A stretch of DNA of 64,000 nt from an uncultured Azospirillum sp. (lineage in GTDB: Bacteria > Pseudomonadota > Alphaproteobacteria > Azospirillales > Azospirillaceae). A model generated the notes under the pieces. The model saw only the letters and a list, made by a program, of their open reading frames with translations. It made no database searches and was not told the origin of the DNA. The stretch spans positions 9,018 to 73,017 of the forward strand of contig CBIHQY010000030.1 in assembly GCA_966212305.1 (NCBI GenBank), read 5' to 3'. Shown here piece after piece: positions 38,994 through 46,901 of the stretch. Made by a program: the position numbers and the translations under genes. The first letter of the stretch is position 1; the number at the start of each line of letters is the position of its first letter.

Positions 38994-41902
38994 TACTGTA
39001 TGGAATATCGGATGGTGAAAAGGTGTTCTTCGGCCACCTGCTGGCGAAGGCGCTCCTCCACTTCATCCAGTAAGGCGTCCTTCTGGGCTTCCAGTCTACG
39101 GGCTGAGGCATCGTATTCGCGCCACGCCTCGTCCCGCTTTTGCTCGAATGTCTTGACCTTTCGTTGCAGTGCCAGCTTGTCGGGCAGATTTCCGGTCTGG
39201 CGCGCTTCTTTCTTCAGCGCCTTGATCTCTTCCTCAAACTCCTTGAACGCGAACTTCAATCCGGCCCGCTTGTCCTCGGCCCACTTGTCCAGCTTGTCCA
39301 TTTCTTCATCGAACCATTCAGACTGGCGTTGCGCGAGATCGTCGAGGATGGTCGACTTAGTGGTCTCAATGGCTTTTTCCAACTTGCCGCTCCTGGCAAT
39401 CCCCTCAGAAGCGGCACTGGCGCATGGAAGCTCGAAGAGCCTGCGCACTGCATCGGGTTCAACGGCCGTTCCGTCGTCCGCGACAGCAGCGAGAATGATA
39501 TGATCCTGCTCATCTGCTCCGGTGATGGAGAGGCGATGTGCGGTCAGCAGACCGGACTTGCCGATAAGCGGTTCGATAGCCGCCGCCTTCCGGCCCCAAC
39601 CCGAATAATCGAACGCCAGCTTGGCCCCGTTCAGCGGACGCTCCGCTGCCGCTTTGAGGATGTGCTGGGCCAGAGGGTGGCCAATGCGGAAGCGATGGCC
39701 GTGTTCGTCGTCTTTGGACAGGTGATAACGGCCCTTCGACACCGACACACCAGCGGGCAGCGAGGCAAGATCGAAGGACAGGCAGCCGTCGTCGAACCGC
39801 GCGTTCTGAGCAAGTTCATGGCGGGTGATCGTCCACAGCAGGCTCTCGTACCTGCCGATATACTCGCGGCTCTGTGACAGGCTGAGCTTCAAGCGGTCGT
39901 GAACCTCAGCGTCGAAGTTCTCCAGCAGCTTGCGGCGCGTATCATCCATCGTTTCCTTGATCTGCTCGTCCATCTCGGCCCGAAGCGCCGCGAATGCCGC
40001 CTCGATTTCGTCGGTGGTCCGGCAGGTTTGATAGATGGCGACGATGCGCTTCTCGAACTCCACACCTGACTCGATAGCGCCGAGAACCTCATCGCTGGCA
40101 CCGAATACGCCACTGAAAAGCTGGAACTTCTCGGCGAGAAGCTGGTGTACGCGCACGTCGGCAGCATTGTTTTTATTCAGGAAGTTGATCACCACCACGT
40201 CATACTTCTGACCATAACGGTGGCAGCGCCCGATGCGCTGTTCAATCCGCTGAGGGTTCCAGGGGAGGTCATAGTTGACCACCATTGAGCAGAACTGAAG
40301 GTTGATACCTTCAGCCGCCGCCTCCGTGGCAATCATGATAGATGCGCTGTCCCGGAAGTGCTCCACCAGGGCGGCACGCATGTCGGCGGTGCGGGAGCCG
40401 GTCACCTTGTCGCTGTCCCTGTGGCGGGCAAGCCACTGCTCGTACATGGCCCGCGATTGCGGGTCGGCATTGGTGCCGTTGAACAGGACAACCTTGCCGT
40501 CGTAGTCGTTGGCGAACAGGAGTTTGACGAGGTACTCCTGGGTGCGGCGAGACTCGGTGAAAATGATGGCCTTCTCGCCCCCGCCAAGGTCCTTAATCTT
40601 AGAGAACCCGGCGCGCAGGGCATTCAGCAGGGCTTGCCCCTTGGCATTTTCCGTCACCGAAACGGCGAGGTCGCGGAACGCCCGAAGATCGGCGATTTCC
40701 CCCTCGATGGCAGCAATGTCGTCCTCGCTGAGGAGAGCAGGATCGTCCTCGTCATCGACCCACTCATCCACCGCCTCGGCCAGCCCCTCGTAGTCCTCGG
40801 AGATCTCCTCGACCTCCTCGGCCTCCAGGTTCTCGTGCAAGGCTCGGTCGTCCTTCAGTTGACGCTCGAGCTTACGGGCAAGGGAGTCCAGGGCGCCGGC
40901 GATGGCGAAGGTGGACGATGCCAGCAGCTTGCGCATGATCAGGGTCATGAGCGTGCGCTGGCTGGACGGCAGCGCTTGGAGGCTGGGGCGGCGCAGATAG
41001 TCCGAAACGAGGTCGTACAGGGTTTGCTCTGCTTCGGTCGGCACGAACTCCTGAAGGATGGGCAGACGCTTGGTATAGCGGATGTACTCAAGAACTTGCC
41101 GACGGAGCGTGCGGTGGCAAACCGCGGTCAGGCGAGCCTTCAAGTCACGGTACAATTCATCGCCGGTCAATCGGGCGAACTGCGCACGGAAGCTCTTGGC
41201 GTCGCCAAAGGTGTACTCGTCGATGATGCTGACAAGGCCATAGAGCTCCATCAGGGAGTTTTGCAGCGGGGTGGCTGTCAACAGCACTTTGGGGGCGTTG
41301 GCGAGGGCGTTCTTGAGCGCGCGGCCAATTCGGTTGTCGGGCCGGTAGACGTTGCGCAGGCGGTGCGCTTCGTCGATCACTACAAGATCCCAGCGCATCA
41401 CCATCAGTTCGTCGGCGTGGCGGGCCGCGAACTGGAAGGAGCACAGGATGATGCAAGGCTGCTCGAAGGGCTGGCGGACGCTGTCCTTCTTCATCTGGTT
41501 GTAATTCTTGGCCTCAAGGATGATGCTCGGCAGAAAGAATTTTTCCTGGAGCTCCTGGGACCACTGCTTTCTCAGGTTGGCCGGGCAGATGATCAAGAGC
41601 CGACGGCGGCGCTCGGACCACTTCTGCGACAGTACGAGACCAGCCTCGATCGTCTTGCCGAGACCAACCTCATCAGCGAGGATCGCGCCCTTGGAGAGCG
41701 GCGACTTAAAAGCGAACAGCGCAGCTTCGACCTGATGTGGGTTCAGGTCTACCTGGGCGTCCAATAGGGCATTGACGAGCTTTTCGGCGTCGGCAACCGA
41801 CTTGCGGCGTAGAAGTTCATGGGCGAACAGCTTGGCGTGGTAATCGGTGATGGCGCTCAAAGGCATAGCCCGCCTACCGCCATCAACACGGTCCAATGGC
41901 AC
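38993..41902 (-). CDS. SNF2-family helicase with a ~330-aa C-terminal extension
   Basis: 969 aa. ILADEVGLGKTIEAG (I), VVIDEAHRLRN (II), LLLTATPLQNSLMELY (III), ATEAAAEGINLQ..NYDLPWNPQRIEQRIGRCHRYGQK (V/VI). The C-terminal part includes a Lys/Glu-rich coiled coil. The start may be the internal MPLSAITDYH. Confidence 0.9.
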   Translation of the reverse strand: MPLDRVDGGRRAMPLSAITDYHAKLFAHELLRRKSVADAEKLVNALLDAQVDLNPHQVEAALFAFKSPLSKGAILADEVGLGKTIEAGLVLSQKWSERRRRLLIICPANLRKQWSQELQEKFFLPSIILEAKNYNQMKKDSVRQPFEQPCIILCSFQFAARHADELMVMRWDLVVIDEAHRLRNVYRPDNRIGRALKNALANAPKVLLTATPLQNSLMELYGLVSIIDEYTFGDAKSFRAQFARLTGDELYRDLKARLTAVCHRTLRRQVLEYIRYTKRLPILQEFVPTEAEQTLYDLVSDYLRRPSLQALPSSQRTLMTLIMRKLLASSTFAIAGALDSLARKLERQLKDDRALHENLEAEEVEEISEDYEGLAEAVDEWVDDEDDPALLSEDDIAAIEGEIADLRAFRDLAVSVTENAKGQALLNALRAGFSKIKDLGGGEKAIIFTESRRTQEYLVKLLFANDYDGKVVLFNGTNADPQSRAMYEQWLARHRDSDKVTGSRTADMRAALVEHFRDSASIMIATEAAAEGINLQFCSMVVNYDLPWNPQRIEQRIGRCHRYGQKYDVVVINFLNKNNAADVRVHQLLAEKFQLFSGVFGASDEVLGAIESGVEFEKRIVAIYQTCRTTDEIEAAFAALRAEMDEQIKETMDDTRRKLLENFDAEVHDRLKLSLSQSREYIGRYESLLWTITRHELAQNARFDDGCLSFDLASLPAGVSVSKGRYHLSKDDEHGHRFRIGHPLAQHILKAAAERPLNGAKLAFDYSGWGRKAAAIEPLIGKSGLLTAHRLSITGADEQDHIILAAVADDGTAVEPDAVRRLFELPCASAASEGIARSGKLEKAIETTKSTILDDLAQRQSEWFDEEMDKLDKWAEDKRAGLKFAFKEFEEEIKALKKEARQTGNLPDKLALQRKVKTFEQKRDEAWREYDASARRLEAQKDALLDEVEERLRQQVAEEHLFTIRYSIQ

Positions 41903-42077
41903 TTCCGTCGCGGAGCCTCATTGTGACTGGGCATTTTATCGAGCGTTTCCTCAGGCCGTAGTCGGGTGCGGCAGTCTACCAGAAGGGGTAGAGGGAGCAA
42001 CCTCCTGCTCGCGACCCGTGGCGAGGCAGCAGGCCGATGCGGCGACAAGTCGCCCGTCTCCCCCGGGGCCTATCATG

Positions 42078-42135
42078 GGTGTGTTCCGGTGTTCTCCTGT
42101 TCCGCACACTTGTCCACGCAACACCAGAGACAGGT
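42078..42135 (+). repeat. GTGTTCCGGTG element, copy 1
   Basis: GTGTGTTCCGGTGTTCTC ... AACACCAGAGACAGG. The 18-mer is identical to copy 2. Confidence 0.6.
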
Positions 42136-42329
42136 CTGGGGCTGTGACGCCGCCAGTGGCATGCACCTCAGCTGTCGCGTAGAACCTCCATAAATGCGGC
42201 CCGTTGGCCAATCTCGCTGACGGTGGATCCGTTCGGCAGAATAGCCAGCACCATCAGCGAGCTTGTAAAGGGCGAGCGACCGCGATAAACGTATAATGCG
42301 GTTCGCACAGCTTAGGCTTTGTTCAATCG

Positions 42330-42602
42330 TTGCGCCGATGCGCACAGCGATCGTATATGCAACGCCCATTTAGCTGGAGAAGATGTTCCGTGCCGAGGAC
42401 ATATCCGTCTTACCCTTCTGTGAGCGCCGCGCTGGCGAGCGTCCGGTCCTACACGTTCCGCGGGAACACGTTTGGTCAGCTGGACAGCTACAACACCCTG
42501 AGCGATGAGCAACGCGAGTTGGCCAACAAGTTCGATGTTTCCACGCAGTTGGCCGCTGCTCTCGATGCTCGTCACCGTGCGGGTCTCAAGACCGACATCT
42601 GA
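42330..42602 (+). CDS. Small hypothetical protein (start uncertain)
   Basis: The C-terminal part looks protein-like (SYNTLSDEQRELANKFDVSTQLAAALDARHRAGLKTDI). A canonical intrinsic terminator follows 30 nt downstream. Confidence 0.35.
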   Translation: MRRCAQRSYMQRPFSWRRCSVPRTYPSYPSVSAALASVRSYTFRGNTFGQLDSYNTLSDEQRELANKFDVSTQLAAALDARHRAGLKTDI

Positions 42603-42632
42603 TCGGTGATTCCCAAAGTTTAGGTGTGCCCG

Positions 42633-42662
42633 AGCGCCCCGCCCTTGGGCGCTTCATTTTTT
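42633..42662 (+). terminator. Rho-independent terminator
   Basis: AGCGCCC-cgccctt-GGGCGCT, a 7-bp GC stem, followed by TCATTTTTT. Confidence 0.6.
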
Positions 42663-42675
42663 GCGAATCGATGCG

Positions 42676-44022
42676 ATGACTGACAACCTTCAGAAGCTGG
42701 CCGAACGCGAAAAATCGATTCGTGCTAAGATCAATACGCTTGAAGGACTCCATAAAGCCTGTCAGCTCAGCGCTATTGGGCTAGCAGAACCTATTCTGAA
42801 CGAGAGCCGGTATTTGGCCCGTGCGCTGGCCGATGTGCTGTACTTTGACAAGGGAACGCCTGAGTACATGGCGGCGCTCCAGAATGCGGAGCATGCGGCC
42901 AGATGCGCCATCAATGATGCCGTAGATATTCTGCTAACCTACGTGAAGGCAGGCATTGCGCGTATACAACATGATTATACGACCTTTGACCTTCCAACGT
43001 CGGAGTTCGGTGAAGATTTTGTTCGTGCGCTCAGGGCAATGGAGCGGGTTGGTGCCAAGGTCGTATCGTCGCGCCGTGCGCGCGAAGATAGAGATGCAAT
43101 CTACCAGCAATTAGCTGAACAGAAGGAAGACCTTGCTTGTCTTTCTGAGTTCGCGCTGCTGATGCCGCGCATGGAGGCGGTTGCGCAGCGCGTCCACCTC
43201 GACAAAGCCGGTTCGACGAGCGGAGAGAAAAACCCTGGAAGCCGGTGGTTGGCAGACCAAATGGCGGCGGGATTGTCTGCCGGGTCGGAGGATGTTCGTT
43301 TTTCCCTTGTTATACAACCAAAGTACGAATTGTCGGACACGGGAGACGCGGCGTGCATAGGCGCGGAAGCATTGACGCGACTGCATGTGCGCGGTTCCGA
43401 AATCTCTCCAGGGCGTTTCATCCCACTTGCCGAAGCAACAGGGCAAATCAGGGAAATCGGTACTTTTGCGCTCCGGAATACGCTGAGGGTCCTCAAGGAG
43501 CACCCAGAAATTCCTTCTGTTTCCGTCAACGTGTCACCAGTCGAGTTGCTGGACACTGAATACGCTGACCGAGTGCTGGACTTGATCGCTGCCGAGTTAG
43601 GCGGCGCATGTGGGCGACTTGAGTTGGAGATCACAGAAAACGCCGCCATCAATGACCTGGAAAGCTTCAGGCATTTGTCAAAGCTGGCGGATGCGGGCGT
43701 GCGTATTGCCATTGATGACTTCGGGACCGGCCTGACACGGTTCGACTACTTGGCCAAGGTCCGAATTTCTGTTCTGAAGATCGATCAGACGCTGGTGCGT
43801 GCGTACAATCGTGCGCCCGACACTTACGGAATGTTGCTTCGCGCAATTATGGGGGTCGGAGATATCTGTGGCATGCACGTCGTTGCCGAAGGAGTCGAGA
43901 CGCTCGAAGACGTTCAGAACCTACATCGTCATATTGGCCTGACAAAATTTCAGGGCTGGCACTTTGGACGCCCGGTGCTACCTATGCAGTTCTTCCAAGA
44001 TCACACAAACTTTCGCAGCTAG
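42676..44022 (+). CDS. EAL-domain phosphodiesterase with an uncharacterised ~200-aa helical N-terminal domain
   Basis: All canonical EAL residues are present: GAEALTRL, NVSP, ELEITE, DDFGTG, KIDQ, AEGVET, QGWHFGRP. No GGDEF, no TM segment, no known sensor motif. Confidence 0.85.
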   Translation: MTDNLQKLAEREKSIRAKINTLEGLHKACQLSAIGLAEPILNESRYLARALADVLYFDKGTPEYMAALQNAEHAARCAINDAVDILLTYVKAGIARIQHDYTTFDLPTSEFGEDFVRALRAMERVGAKVVSSRRAREDRDAIYQQLAEQKEDLACLSEFALLMPRMEAVAQRVHLDKAGSTSGEKNPGSRWLADQMAAGLSAGSEDVRFSLVIQPKYELSDTGDAACIGAEALTRLHVRGSEISPGRFIPLAEATGQIREIGTFALRNTLRVLKEHPEIPSVSVNVSPVELLDTEYADRVLDLIAAELGGACGRLELEITENAAINDLESFRHLSKLADAGVRIAIDDFGTGLTRFDYLAKVRISVLKIDQTLVRAYNRAPDTYGMLLRAIMGVGDICGMHVVAEGVETLEDVQNLHRHIGLTKFQGWHFGRPVLPMQFFQDHTNFRS

Positions 44023-44129
44023 TGTGCTGACGCAAACATAGGAGCCAAGGCGGGCAGCGTTCGTGCTACTTGGGCGGCATGGCTCAGTCCGTCAGCTTCA
44101 TCGGTCGAACGGAGACTCGCGCGCGCTCG

Positions 44130-44360
44130 GCCGCGGTTGGCAGCTTTCGCCGAGTACGAGCGCGCCATCCTGCGCCAGCGGACTGCCGCCAAGCGTCGGG
44201 AAAGCTGCCTGGGGGGCGGCCGAAGCTGTCGCCGGTTCAGCGGCAGGCTGTCGTCCAGAACGTTACAGCCGATACGTGGAGACGGGCGGAGGCGTCGCCA
44301 ATCATGGACGTGGGCCCGGCGATGATCACGCGCGTGATGGCGAGCGCCATGGCGACCTGA
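44130..44360 (+). pseudogene. Serine recombinase (resolvase/invertase) C-terminal remnant, frameshifted
   Basis: LAAFAEYERAILRQRTAA in one frame continues in another as GKLPGGRPKLSPVQRQAVVQNV...MDVGPAMITRVMA (HTH). The catalytic N-terminal domain is absent. Confidence 0.6.
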
Positions 44361-44373
44361 CCGTTCATCCTGT

Positions 44374-44458
44374 CGGTGTTCTTGGTGTTCAGTGTGTTCC
44401 GGTGTTCTCTCGCCGCACGGGCTGGTACACGGAACACACTGAACACCAGCGACAGAGG
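44374..44458 (+). repeat. GTGTTCCGGTG element, copy 2, containing an 18-bp perfect inverted repeat
   Basis: GGTGTTC heptamers at 44374, 44384, about 44393 and 44401. Arms GGTGTTCAGTGTGTTCCG (44384-44401) and CGGAACACACTGAACACC (44430-44447). Ends AACACCAGCGACAGAGG. Confidence 0.7.
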
Positions 44459-44518
44459 GACATCGTTGCTGAGCGCAGCCGAAGTTCATGACCGCCGCCA
44501 TGCTAATGCAGGCATCCC

Positions 44519-44994
44519 TTGATGGAGGCTGCTGAGGTGCTCGCGCGTCCATCGCTGATTCCGGCCGCGCCCGGCGTCTACGCTTGGTTCTTCCGGAAGG
44601 CGCCACCGACGAACGGTACGCCGCTCAGCCGACAGACGCTGCGTAGCCGGATACGCTACCATTACCGGGCGAACACCGAGGGCTCGACGCTGCGGCTGAC
44701 GCTGGGCTGCCTGTTGGCGAACTCGCTCGGCATCGAACTCCGCCGAGTCGGCTCAGGGACGCGGATGACGTTCAGCACCGGCGAAGCGACCTTGTCGAAG
44801 TGGATGGCGGCAAACGCGTTGGTGCCCTGGGAGGACATACCCGCCCATGGGAGGCCGAGAAGGCGCTTATCCGGTCCGTATCCCTGCCGCTAAATCTGCA
44901 AGGCGACCAGCATCATCCGTTCCAAGTTCAACTGACTGCCATCCAGGCTGCGGCGAAGCAGCGAGTACGTCTCCTTCCGGTGTCGGGCCGGTGA
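44519..44994 (+). pseudogene. GIY-YIG-like family gene, frameshifted and internally shortened
   Basis: PGVYAWFFRKAPP...QTLRSRIRYHYRANTEGSTLRLTLGCLL...LSKWMAANALVPWEDIP, then a frame change near 44841-44848 into PWEAEKALIRSVSLPLNLQGDQHHPF. The usual YIG segment appears to be missing. Confidence 0.5.
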
Positions 44995-45224
44995 GCGGGA
45001 AGCTGGGCGTGGTGGCCATAGACATGCGGCCCGGTGCGCATAGGATTGCTCGCAAGCGGTTACCGGCATGAGAATGGAGCAATAACGAAAGCGAGCCGGT
45101 CAATCACGGTGCCGACGACGGTGCAGGCGCGCTTCGAGGAGAGCATCGGCATCACAGGTGCGTTCTGCGCCGCGGTGTCTATGGCTGAAGCCGGGAGCTT
45201 GTACGGGGCAAAATAACGCTTCGA

Positions 45225-45914
45225 TCAGGACGACATCACTGCAGGGGTTTGGAGGCGTCCGGCCGCGCGCAGGGCGGCGATTTCGGTCTTCAGTAGTTCC
45301 ATGCCGCATTTCTGCTTGTCGCGGTTCGCTGCAGAGTTGAGGAAGCGACTCGTGCCTGATGTGTGGGCCAGATAGACAATGGTCCGGTCGTCCCATTTTT
45401 CCGAGGTGCCTACCACTTCGCCCAATGACCGGCGTGTCATCCGGCGGAGGCGATCCAGCGAGCTCATCGCCACGCTGCCCAGTGCGACGATGACGGCTGG
45501 GCGCACCAAGTCAAGCTGTCGGCTTAGGAAATCGCCGCACAGCTTGTGCATCGTGGCGCACGGTGGCCTGTCTTCCCAGCGTTCCCCGTTGAGCTTCCGG
45601 CCCGGAAAGCATTTCACAGCTGAGGTCTGGTAGACTGTTCCGTCGAACTCCATGTGGCGCAGGCCACATCGCACGAACAGCCCGCGAATCTCTTGCCCGG
45701 CACTCCCAGCGAACGGTTGACCCTCTCGATACTCCGTTAACCCTGGAGCTTGGCCGATCAGCATGATCGGCGCCTCTATTGCGGGCGAAAGAATGGGCCT
45801 GGGAACGACGCCGCGCGTGGACCCTGGCGGGTTCTCGGGATATTGCGCGAGGATCGGGCCGCAATGTTTGCAGGATCGGATTTCCTGGTCGAGAGCGGCA
45901 AGCTCGTCAAGCAT
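45225..45914 (-). CDS. Uracil-DNA glycosylase superfamily protein
   Basis: From the ATG at 45914: MLDELAALDQEIRSCKHCGP..., IMLIGQAPGLTEYREGQPFAGSAGQEI (UDG motif A-like), VYLAHTSG (motif B-like). Confidence 0.7.
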   Translation of the reverse strand: MLDELAALDQEIRSCKHCGPILAQYPENPPGSTRGVVPRPILSPAIEAPIMLIGQAPGLTEYREGQPFAGSAGQEIRGLFVRCGLRHMEFDGTVYQTSAVKCFPGRKLNGERWEDRPPCATMHKLCGDFLSRQLDLVRPAVIVALGSVAMSSLDRLRRMTRRSLGEVVGTSEKWDDRTIVYLAHTSGTSRFLNSAANRDKQKCGMELLKTEIAALRAAGRLQTPAVMSS

Positions 45915-45944
45915 AGTGGGCTCCGCTGAATGCAAGCCGGATGG

Positions 45945-46193
45945 CAGGTGGAATTCCAGAGCTATCTTGGGTCGATGTCCAGCACGTTCGAGGCGATGGA
46001 TGGCGGCGAATGCGCTGGTGTCCTGAATGGAGCACCCTCGCGCCCTCGGGAAGCCGAGGAGGAATTCATCCAGTTTGTGTCCTTGCCGCTGAACTTGCAA
46101 GGCAACCAGCAACACCCATTCCCTCTGCGCCTGACGGCCATCCGAGCGGCAGCGAAGGAGCAGGCGCGTCGTCATCCGGTGTCGGTCCGGTGA
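45945..46193 (+). pseudogene. Second, more decayed C-terminal copy of the GIY-YIG-like gene
   Basis: ..RWMAANALVS* (TGA where the paralogue has Trp), then in another frame REAEEEFIQFVSLPLNLQGNQQHPFPLRLTAIRAAAK. Roughly 75-80 percent nucleotide identity to 44800-45000 by eye. Confidence 0.45.
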
Positions 46194-46279
46194 GTGAGAA
46201 GTCGGGCGTGGTCGTCATGGACATGTGTCCCGGTACGCGTAGGGTTGCTCGAAAGCGGTCATCGGCATGAGGTACGAGG

Positions 46280-46792
46280 ATGACAAGGGCCAGCCGGTCA
46301 ATGACGGTGCCGAAGGCGATGCACGCGCGCTTCGAGGAAATCGTCGGCATCACGGATGCGTTCTGTGACAAGCACCTTGATGCCGAGTACAACGAGTTGG
46401 TCCGGCGGATGACGGCGGCCCTGTGTAGGAAGCGTCCAAGTCCGGTGGCGTCTGGCAAGCCGGTGACATGGGCCAGCGGCATCATCTGGGCGCTCGGTCG
46501 GGTGAACTTCCTGTCGGACCCGTCCACGCCGTCGATGACGCTGGCGGAAGTGGCGAGCGCGTTCGGCGTCGGCGAGAGCACCGTCAGTGCCAAGTCCCGG
46601 ACGATCATGAACCTGTTCGACCTGCACCAGTTCCACCCCGACTGGACGCTGCCGCGTCTTGCTGAGTCGAACCCGTACATCTGGATGGCCGAGGTGAACG
46701 GGCTGCTGGTGGACCTGCGCGACATGCCGCGAGAGGTGCAGGCCATCGCCTACGAGAAGGGGATGATCCTCTACATCCCGGCCGACCGGTAG
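46280..46792 (+). CDS. DUF6398-like protein
   Basis: 170 aa: FCDKHLDAEYNELVRRMTAALCRKRPSPVASGKPVTWASGIIWALGRVNFLSDPSTP..VASAFGVGESTVSAKSRTI. A truncated paralogous start occurs at 45100-45216. Confidence 0.65.
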   Translation: MTRASRSMTVPKAMHARFEEIVGITDAFCDKHLDAEYNELVRRMTAALCRKRPSPVASGKPVTWASGIIWALGRVNFLSDPSTPSMTLAEVASAFGVGESTVSAKSRTIMNLFDLHQFHPDWTLPRLAESNPYIWMAEVNGLLVDLRDMPREVQAIAYEKGMILYIPADR

Positions 46793-46812
46793 GTGTAGTG
46801 CCGAGGGCAGTC

Positions 46813-46856
46813 GGTGTTCCGGTGCTTTCTTCTGGTATCGTACACTCGAAACACCG
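46813..46856 (+). repeat. GTGTTCCGGTG element, copy 3 (more diverged)
   Basis: GGTGTTCCGGTGCTTTC ... ACACTCGAAACACC, located 20 nt after the DUF6398 stop at the border of an AT-rich block. Confidence 0.45.
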
Positions 46857-46901
46857 TATCAACGCCTCGAATACCAAGGGCACGCGGACCTCGACACCTC
46901 C

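Noticed and set aside
34046-41902. Assignment of the SNF2-Mod-Res operon to DISARM or BREX
   Set aside because: No DUF1998 (DrmB), DrmA, PLD (DrmC), PglZ, BrxC or BrxL-like genes lie within or next to the operon. Res has a standard Type III helicase-nuclease architecture.
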